The position numbers and the translations under genes are program-made. The notes under the pieces were generated by a model, which saw nothing but the letters and a program-made list of their open reading frames with translations, searched no databases and was not told where the DNA came from. A stretch of DNA of 31,055 nucleotides from the NCBI GenBank assembly GCA_004377355.1, contig SOIB01000007.1, positions 1 through 31,055 of the forward strand, in the 5' to 3' direction. This stretch comes from Candidatus Stahliibacteriota bacterium (GTDB lineage: Bacteria > Hydrothermota > UBA3072). Of this stretch, positions 24,470 through 31,055 are shown piece after piece (the first letter of the stretch is position 1; each line of letters starts with the position of its first letter).

Positions 24470-26018
24470 AATACATCCTGGCATAAAATACCCTGTAACA
24501 CTTTCAAAAATAGACAATCAGTATGCTTCACTGGGAGAAAAAGTCCCTCCTGGAGGAAAGATTGAAATTCTTGATATAAGGAACACAGAAGGAAGAAGGA
24601 CCTATGAAAGAACCCTTGTATTTCTCCTGGATTATATAGCTAAAAGAAAAGGTGTTACTATCAAGATTGAGCATTCTTTTGGAGATGCTTTATATGGCAG
24701 GTTTTTAAAGGGTTCATTAAACTTAAAATCAGCAAAAAAAGAAATTAAGGATTTGATTAAAGCGGATAAAATGATAGAAAGATTAATGTTGCCTAAATTA
24801 GAGGCTTTGCGTTTCTTAAAGGGAAGAGAAGATGACTTTAACATATTAAAATATCTTTCCCGAACATATATCCCTGTGTATAAATTAAACAATTTCGCAG
24901 CGTATTTTGCTGGTCCTTTATTACCAAAAACTGGATTATTAAAAATATTTAACCTGATTAAGATAAAAGATGGATTCTTATTCATCTTGCCAACACAAAA
25001 AGACCCTGATACTTTAGGAAAAATTGAAAAAAGAGAACAATTACTTAAAACATATCGAGAAGCAGAAAAAGAAGTAGAGATATTAAAAGTGTGGGATGTT
25101 GCACATTTGAATGAATATGTTGTCTCTGGAAGGATATCAGAAATAGTGAAGTTAGCAGAGGCAATTCATACAGAAAAATTTACCAATATTTGTGAAGATA
25201 TATTAAGTAAAAAAGATGGAATAAAAATGATACTTATTGCAGGACCTTCTTCTTCCGGAAAAACAACATTTTCAAAAAGACTGGGTATTCACCTTAAATT
25301 GCATGGATTCTTTCCTCTTTATATATCACTTGATGATTACTTCCTGGAAAGAGACAAAACCCCATTATATAAAGATGGTTCTCCATTCTTTGACACTATA
25401 GAGGCAATTGATGTGAACCTATTCAGAAAACATATCTCACAGATTTTAAAAGGCGAAGAAGTAAAAGCATTAACATTCAATTTCAAAAAGGGAAGAAAGG
25501 AATGGAATGGCAAGACATTCAAACTTGAGTCCAACACAATTCTGATAGTTGAAGGAATACATGCCTTTAACCCAGAACTTCTAAAAGATTTAGAAATTAA
25601 TACTTTTCGAATCTATGTCAGTGCCCTTACACAATTAAATATAAACAGGGTAAACCGTATCCCCACTCGTGATGTTCGCTTACTCAGGAGGATATTCAGA
25701 GATACCCGTTTCAGAGGATATCCTGCCAATGAGACATTAAGACGATGGGAATCTGTTAAAGAGGGAGAAGAAAGATTTATCTTTCCACACCAAGAAAGAG
25801 CAGACATAATGTTTAACTCTTCTTTAGTATATGAACTCGCAGTTCTAAAAGGATTCCTCGAAACACCACTTCGTTGCGTTGATATAACTTCTCCTTATTA
25901 CTGTGAAGCTCTCCGTTTACTAAATTTCTTGGACCATTTTCTTGACATAAGAGAGGAAGAAATTCCACAAACTTCAATACTACGGGAATTCATTGGTGGT
26001 AGTACATTTTACTATTAA
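24450..26018 (+). CDS. Uridine kinase/phosphoribulokinase-family P-loop nucleoside kinase with a ~240-aa N-terminal extension
   Basis: Walker A LIAGPSSSGKTTFSKRLG followed by the Udk-like LYISLDDYF. Overlaps the GGDEF gene by 20 nt. Confidence 0.65.
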   Translation: MSKQILKIHPGIKYPVTLSKIDNQYASLGEKVPPGGKIEILDIRNTEGRRTYERTLVFLLDYIAKRKGVTIKIEHSFGDALYGRFLKGSLNLKSAKKEIKDLIKADKMIERLMLPKLEALRFLKGREDDFNILKYLSRTYIPVYKLNNFAAYFAGPLLPKTGLLKIFNLIKIKDGFLFILPTQKDPDTLGKIEKREQLLKTYREAEKEVEILKVWDVAHLNEYVVSGRISEIVKLAEAIHTEKFTNICEDILSKKDGIKMILIAGPSSSGKTTFSKRLGIHLKLHGFFPLYISLDDYFLERDKTPLYKDGSPFFDTIEAIDVNLFRKHISQILKGEEVKALTFNFKKGRKEWNGKTFKLESNTILIVEGIHAFNPELLKDLEINTFRIYVSALTQLNINRVNRIPTRDVRLLRRIFRDTRFRGYPANETLRRWESVKEGEERFIFPHQERADIMFNSSLVYELAVLKGFLETPLRCVDITSPYYCEALRLLNFLDHFLDIREEEIPQTSILREFIGGSTFYY

Positions 26019-26132
26019 TAAGAAACAGAATTAGGATTTTATTTAAAAAACTTTAGAAGAATCTCCAATTACTTTTTTCAATCTTGATTCCTTTTGAAAT
26101 TGTATATCACTTGACTAGAACACCGTAAACTC

Positions 26133-26160
26133 TTGACTTCTCTTATAGTGTTAGTATTAT
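26133..26160 (+). promoter_or_regulatory. Promoter: TTGACT (26133-26138), 16 nt, TATTAT (26155-26160), 7 nt, then ATG 26168. Leaderless arrangement.
   Basis: Read directly. Confidence 0.45.
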
Positions 26161-26167
26161 CTATTGC

Positions 26168-27079
26168 ATGAGAAAAGATTTGATAATTTTGTTCATTTTT
26201 TTCATTCCAATTCATTTATTTACACAAGAGACAAGTTGGGAAGAAGGAGATATCGCTATTGTCCAGTGGGAAAAAACATCTTTTTTTGATAGCATAAGGG
26301 ATAGTATTATAGAAGGAATCTCAGTTAAGATAGATGAATATCACCTTAAAGGAAAAATTGAAAAAATATTCGAAATCTTAAGAAAAGTATCTAAAAAGGA
26401 TTACCGTCTGGTAATAATGATAGGAGCCCAGATTATCACTCCCATTTTACAATATCTACCTGAAAATCATATAATTATAATCGGATCATCAATAGAACTT
26501 GACGCACTTCATAAAAAATTCCCTAACATTACAGGTGTATATTCCTTTGTTTCACCTGAAGTACAATATAGAACGATAATCCAACTGAAAAATGATGTAA
26601 AAAATATAGGAGTAATATACAACTCATTACATTCACGTATACAAATAAAAATGCTTGAAAGCGCAATCACTGATACCGCGATTAGCCTTACAAAGAATGC
26701 AGTTTCCAATCCAAGGGAAATAGCTACAGCATTGCATTTCATGAAGGATATAGATATCTTATGGGTGCCAACTGATCCAATTTATAGAGATAAGAAAGCA
26801 ATTAAGTCGATAATAGATTTTTCCTTAGAAAACAAAATCCCTGTATTTTCTCCATCAATAGAATTTGTTCAAAGGGGAGCCCTTGCCTCACAATTACCCA
26901 AGGGCATTTCACTTGAGATCTTATCTATTTTAGCGTCTCTCGAAAAGGGTGAGGATATTACAGATGTACTACCTCGTTTTCCGGGAGAGCGTCTTGCTCT
27001 CAATATAAATACAGCAGAGCTTCTAGGTATAGAAATATCACCAGATCTTAGGTTAACTTCTATAGAGGTATATGAATAA
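26168..27079 (+). CDS. Periplasmic binding-protein-like component (PF04392/COG2984, 'ABC-type uncharacterized transport system, periplasmic component'), probably a signalling-associated sensor protein
   Basis: Signal peptide. Type-I PBP-like alternating beta-alpha pattern (IAIVQ..., HIIIIGSS..., IGVIYNS..., ILWVPTD..., IPVFS...). No permease or ATPase genes adjacent; followed by an MCP. Confidence 0.5.
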   Translation: MRKDLIILFIFFIPIHLFTQETSWEEGDIAIVQWEKTSFFDSIRDSIIEGISVKIDEYHLKGKIEKIFEILRKVSKKDYRLVIMIGAQIITPILQYLPENHIIIIGSSIELDALHKKFPNITGVYSFVSPEVQYRTIIQLKNDVKNIGVIYNSLHSRIQIKMLESAITDTAISLTKNAVSNPREIATALHFMKDIDILWVPTDPIYRDKKAIKSIIDFSLENKIPVFSPSIEFVQRGALASQLPKGISLEILSILASLEKGEDITDVLPRFPGERLALNINTAELLGIEISPDLRLTSIEVYE

Positions 27080-27319
27080 ATCTAAATATTCATAAATGCA
27101 TCTATATTTAATCATAATTGTAATTCCTTCATTGAATTCTACTTTAAACTTAAGATCGCTAATAAATTACGTGAAAGTCTTATGCTATTGACATAAAGTT
27201 TTAATCTCATAACCTTTAATTATATTAGAATTTATTGGGATAAGTATCTTAATTCTTATCCCATCAAAATATAATAGGAAAAGGAGCAATGAGAATATAC
27301 CTCTAAAAGGAGGTTCTAA

Positions 27320-28975
27320 ATGATAAAATTAAACACTCTGAGAGGAAGAATATCCATTCTGTTATTAATTAGTTTAACTGGAATAACTATTCTGATTGGT
27401 AGCATATCTTTTTTTTCAACACGTTCCAACTTCAGAACTATTTTAGAGGAAAGAGCAGCCACTATTATAGAAGCTGTAGGACCTACATTAGAACTCGGTC
27501 TATATGCGGAAAATCTTGCATTATTGGAGCCTCCCATAAAAGGTCTTCTTGCACAAAGAGATATTATATATAGTTCTGCTTATAATCTTTCAGGATTTAA
27601 TCTAATAAGAAGGAGTGAAATTGATTTTGATTTTGAATTAGATAAGAAACTTTTAGAAAAAGTTAAACAGGGTGAATTTATTAGTCAATTAAGGAAAATC
27701 CAGGGACAATCATTTCTTGATTGCATAGGTCCAGTTTATCCTCTGGAAATTACAGGGCAAAAGGAACCAATCGGAATACTGCGACTTGGAATTTCGCTTG
27801 CAGTGATATCATCTGCAATGCAAAGACTGACTTTAATTCTTAGTATCTCTCTTATTGCTGCTCTTTTAATAGTAAGTTTAGTAACAACAAGAATGCTTAT
27901 AATGCTTTTCAGACCTCTCTATGATTTAAAAGAAAACCTAAAACAAATATCGGAAGGGAAAGTAAATTTGGGAGTACGATTATCAGAAGATACATTAACT
28001 ACTGAAACCAATGAACTGGCGTCCTCCTTTAACAGATTTGTCCAATCCATGCAAGAAAACAGGGATTTTACCAAGGAAGTTTCAGAACGGATGTCAGCAC
28101 AAGCAGAGGAGTTAGCTGCTTCATCTGAGCAAATGAGTGCCTCATATGAAGAAATTTCATCCACCATGCAACAGGTAGCCCTAGCCTCTGACAAGCAAGC
28201 TGCAGAGTCACAGACTGCCTCTGAAATGGCACAAAAAGCACTCCGTGTTGTGCGACAATCTTTGGATAGCGCCCAGGAAACGCTAAAATCTTCAGATACT
28301 ATTTCTCTGCTATCCCAGAAGGGTGAAGAATCAGCAAAAGAAGTTCGGTTAGCAATGGACAATGTAACCAACATCACACATGAATTAGAAGGTGTTATCC
28401 AACAAATTCAAAAACGTTCTGAAGAGATATCAAATATTATTGAAACAGTAAGTGAAATAAGTAAAAGGACAAACGTGCTTTCTCTTAACGCAACAATAGA
28501 AGCCTCAAAAGCAGGAGAATCTGGTAGGGGTTTTGCTGTTGTTGCAGAAGAGGTTCGTAAGCTAGCAACCCAATCTGCTGAATCTGCCAGAAAGATTTCT
28601 GAAATACTGGGTGAGATAACAAGTGTTATTGATTCATTGATTATAAAAACCCAAGAAACTATTAAAGAAGTAAATCATGGTAAGGAAACCTCCTTAAAAT
28701 CAGCGGATTTCTTAAAAAATATTGCAGATGAGATAAGCCACATAACAAAGAGAATAAAAGAAATAACGATAATAAACAAACAGGGAGAAGAGGAAGTAAA
28801 TACTATCAATGAAGCTATTGAAAATATAGCAGCTATAGCAGAAGAGAATGCTGCATCATCAGAAGAGGTCTCTGCCGCAATACAGCAATTATCAGCATCT
28901 ATTCAAGAGTTATCTGCAACCTCTCAGGAAACCGCGCAAATAGCTGAAAACCTTCTTAAATTAACAAGAGAATAA
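27320..28975 (+). CDS. Methyl-accepting chemotaxis protein (TM-sensor-TM-HAMP-MCP signalling domain)
   Basis: Two TM segments flanking a ~150-aa periplasmic region. Highly conserved MCP signature RTNVLSLNATIEASKAGESGRGFAVVAEEVRKLA. SD AAGGAGG upstream. Confidence 0.85.
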   Translation: MIKLNTLRGRISILLLISLTGITILIGSISFFSTRSNFRTILEERAATIIEAVGPTLELGLYAENLALLEPPIKGLLAQRDIIYSSAYNLSGFNLIRRSEIDFDFELDKKLLEKVKQGEFISQLRKIQGQSFLDCIGPVYPLEITGQKEPIGILRLGISLAVISSAMQRLTLILSISLIAALLIVSLVTTRMLIMLFRPLYDLKENLKQISEGKVNLGVRLSEDTLTTETNELASSFNRFVQSMQENRDFTKEVSERMSAQAEELAASSEQMSASYEEISSTMQQVALASDKQAAESQTASEMAQKALRVVRQSLDSAQETLKSSDTISLLSQKGEESAKEVRLAMDNVTNITHELEGVIQQIQKRSEEISNIIETVSEISKRTNVLSLNATIEASKAGESGRGFAVVAEEVRKLATQSAESARKISEILGEITSVIDSLIIKTQETIKEVNHGKETSLKSADFLKNIADEISHITKRIKEITIINKQGEEEVNTINEAIENIAAIAEENAASSEEVSAAIQQLSASIQELSATSQETAQIAENLLKLTRE

Positions 28976-30168
28976 TGAATAATCTAATCGGATTCATATA
29001 TATTCTTATTTCAAGCCTATTTATTTATTTCGTTATTATACGCTTACTAAAACATTTGAAGACGGGAAGATTTAGAATATTAAGATATTCATTATTCCCA
29101 CTATTACTCATTCTGTTCAGCTTACTTTTCAGTAAATTTGGGTTGTTTGAACAAATCTACCGAGGATTACTTATCTTTTTCTCATCGTATTCGCTGATTT
29201 TCCTATTCTTACTTTCAATAATGATAAACATCCGTGGAGAGAAAAGTAACTGGCGTAATATCCTCGCTATTGGAATTCCAATACTCATCATCGCTCTTCT
29301 GCATATACTTGGAGTAATTACACCTGTCTTAAATTTTATCAAGAGACCATTAATAACTATTGCAGATACTCATATAAGTTTATTGGATGTATTTTTTGCT
29401 TTTATAATATTTTATTTATCAATTAGATACTCCCAGAGTATAAAGGAGTTGCTGGAAAAAAGATTGCAGAGATTCCCTGCTATGGACCTGGGAAGGATAA
29501 ATATTACTTCAATGATAGTTCGATATTTAATAATCATTATCGGAATATTCATAGCATTGTCCATTGTTGGCATCGACCTCACTACCTTAAAGGTATTAAT
29601 TGGTGCACTCGGAGTTGGTATAGGATTTGGATTACAACACATGGTAAATAACCTCTTGAGTGGATTTATTATTCTCACGGATAAATCCATTGTTGTAAAT
29701 GATTTGATAGAAGTTGATGGATTGCTCGGATTGGTTGAGGCTATAGGACTCAGGGCTACTATAATAAGAACCTTCAACAATATAGAAGTAATAGTTCCAA
29801 ATTCAGAACTTGTTTATAATAAGGTAACCAATTATACGCATTCTGATAATTTAATAAGAATAGACATTCCAATTGGCATCTCTTATTCATCAGACCCAAA
29901 CAGAGTGAAAGAAGTGCTAATTAAGGCACTTTCTCACCTGGAAAACAGAGTGGAAGAACCCCCCATTGATGTTTTCTTTACTAATTTTGGAGAGAGTTCC
30001 CTTGACTTTACAGTACTTATCTGGACGGATCAACCTCTTAAGAAAAAGAGAATTGAAAGTGAAGCACGATTCGCAATATGGAAAGCATTGAAAGAAAACG
30101 ACATTGAAATACCATTTCCTCAACATGATATACACATTAAAAATAAGGAATCAGAAGTTAACTCTTAA
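28975..30168 (+). CDS. MscS-family mechanosensitive channel with extra N-terminal TM helices
   Basis: MscS pore-helix/beta-domain signature LIGALGVGIGFGLQHMVNNLLSGFIILTDKSIVVNDLIEVDGLLGLVEAIGLRATIIRTFNN. Start overlaps the MCP stop (TAATG). Confidence 0.8.
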   Translation: MNNLIGFIYILISSLFIYFVIIRLLKHLKTGRFRILRYSLFPLLLILFSLLFSKFGLFEQIYRGLLIFFSSYSLIFLFLLSIMINIRGEKSNWRNILAIGIPILIIALLHILGVITPVLNFIKRPLITIADTHISLLDVFFAFIIFYLSIRYSQSIKELLEKRLQRFPAMDLGRINITSMIVRYLIIIIGIFIALSIVGIDLTTLKVLIGALGVGIGFGLQHMVNNLLSGFIILTDKSIVVNDLIEVDGLLGLVEAIGLRATIIRTFNNIEVIVPNSELVYNKVTNYTHSDNLIRIDIPIGISYSSDPNRVKEVLIKALSHLENRVEEPPIDVFFTNFGESSLDFTVLIWTDQPLKKKRIESEARFAIWKALKENDIEIPFPQHDIHIKNKESEVNS

Positions 30169-30177
30169 GTTCATTAT

Positions 30178-30786
30178 CTAAAAAGACGAAAAGGCAGATT
30201 CTGCCTTATTCATTTCCCCTACAATCTTCTCCCATACCCTGCGTGATTCCTTTCTTAATTCCTTGATACTTCCGTTATTTTCAATCATAAAATCTGCGTA
30301 TTTTTTTGCTTCCTCAGGATTCATCTGGGATTTTAATTTCCCATTAATAGTCTCACCAGAAATCCCTAATCTTTTCAGCCTGGATTTTATAAAATGAGGT
30401 CTTGAAACTACGAGTATAGTATAATCAAACCAATCCTTTATAGCCCATTCATAAATTAATGCAGCATCAACAATAACAATATCCTTATCAATTTTACCAA
30501 TGGCTTCTTTTAGCATTTTGAGCAAAACGGGGTGAACTATCTCATTTAACTGCTGTAACTTCTCTATATCTTTAAATACAATATCTCCCAATCTTTTTCT
30601 ATCTACTTCTTCATCCCTTATTATCTCATTCCCAAACACTTCCTTTATTTTTCTAATGATATCGCGATTTTGAAGAACTGTCCATCCAATACTATCAGCA
30701 GATATTACGAATCCACCCCATTCTCCAAAGAAGTCAGCAATTAAACTCTTTCCAGTACCAGTATTTCCAGTAATACCTATAATCAT
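30178..30786 (-). CDS. coaE: Dephospho-CoA kinase
   Basis: N-terminal P-loop IIGITGNTGTGKS. About 200 aa. Typical CoaE pattern (ALIYEW..., NGSIKEL). Confidence 0.8.
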   Translation of the reverse strand: MIIGITGNTGTGKSLIADFFGEWGGFVISADSIGWTVLQNRDIIRKIKEVFGNEIIRDEEVDRKRLGDIVFKDIEKLQQLNEIVHPVLLKMLKEAIGKIDKDIVIVDAALIYEWAIKDWFDYTILVVSRPHFIKSRLKRLGISGETINGKLKSQMNPEEAKKYADFMIENNGSIKELRKESRRVWEKIVGEMNKAESAFSSF

Positions 30787-30791
30787 AGTTT

Positions 30792-30819
30792 ATTATATTA
30801 ATCAACTCTATTATTGCAA
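30792..30819 (-). promoter_or_regulatory. coaE promoter: TTGCAA (30814-30819), 16 nt, TATAAT (reverse complement of 30792-30797), 5 nt, then ATG. Leaderless arrangement. The -35 lies inside a TTGCAAG-N7-CTTGCAA palindrome (30814-30834).
   Basis: Read on the minus strand: cTTGCAAtaatagagttgattaaTATAATaaactATG. Confidence 0.45.
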
Positions 30820-31018
30820 GCATTTCTCTTGCAAAGATGCAGAAAAGTATATTAGTCTTTAGTCTATATATGTTGTGCCAAAATTAAATATCATACCATT
30901 GGATAGAAAGAAGGCTGTATCCCTCAAAAAGCCGTGGTTGATTTCGAAAGCAAAGGAAATCACCACTCCCGCTCTCGGGCTCGCTCTCCTTGAAATGCAA
31001 GCATTCCAAGGAACCATG

Positions 31019-31045
31019 CCCGCTCGCCCTGCGAGAGGGCTTTTT
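31019..31045 (+). terminator. Rho-independent terminator: CCCGCTCGC-CCT-GCGAGAGGG-C-TTTTT. It follows a ~100-bp GC-rich, structured-looking segment in otherwise AT-rich DNA.
   Basis: 9-bp stem with one mismatch, 3-nt loop, T5 tract. No + strand ORF upstream in the track, so the terminated transcript is probably a small RNA or an attenuated leader. Confidence 0.55.
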
Positions 31046-31055
31046 AAGGAACACA

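Noticed and set aside
27181-27230. TTGACA at 27188-27193 as the MCP promoter
   Set aside because: No acceptable -10 lies at 16-18 bp spacing. The MCP has a strong SD and may be co-transcribed with the binding-protein gene or use a non-sigma70 promoter.
30191-30207. Hairpin AAGGCAG-ATT-CTGCCTT after mscS as a convergent terminator
   Set aside because: It lies inside the last codons of coaE (encoding KAESAF) and has only a modest T-tract on the minus strand. It is a possible terminator for mscS/coaE but too ambiguous to annotate.

Overview
This is an AT-rich (about 35% GC), tightly packed bacterial chromosomal segment. It looks like an uncultured or candidate-phylum diderm, judging by OmpA/MotB, TonB_C, MscS and chemoreceptor content. 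All calls are from reading the sequence and the six-frame track; no searches were run. Contents in order: (1) At the left edge, two copies of a 37-bp direct repeat sit one 39-bp spacer apart, which is CRISPR-like geometry. (2) On the minus strand, glycosyltransferase-2 then ftsY, then tyrS, an SPFH/band-7 protein and a tRNA with anticodon CAT. (3) A four-gene minus-strand operon at 4696-6464: a DUF2089 zinc-ribbon/HTH regulator, a Toastrack (DUF4097-like) protein, a small membrane protein and a fourth protein. All four carry the same ~20-aa 'ILKMLEEGKIxADEAxRLL' amphipathic motif. (4) An aromatic-rich secreted protein, a PP-loop ATPase, an OmpA/MotB protein, class-A PBP, glutamine synthetase and a degenerate methyltransferase-like protein. 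(5) An unusually long divergent intergenic region at 13711-14281, about 570 bp, with phased 10-bp repeats, TTAGG-type heptamer repeats and a GT-to-CA strand switch. (6) A long co-directional gene string at 15609-26018: an OppA-type substrate-binding lipoprotein fused to a TonB C-terminal domain, pyrR-pyrB-pyrC, an 834-aa protein with a divergent class-III nucleotidyl-cyclase domain, a GAF-GAF-GGDEF cyclase and a long uridine-kinase-family protein. (7) A PF04392-like binding protein, an MCP translationally coupled to an MscS channel, coaE, and a GC-rich structured element with a terminator at the right edge. A recurring pattern: at least six first-in-operon genes have a sigma70-like promoter placed so that transcription should start at the start codon, i.e. 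leaderless mRNAs.
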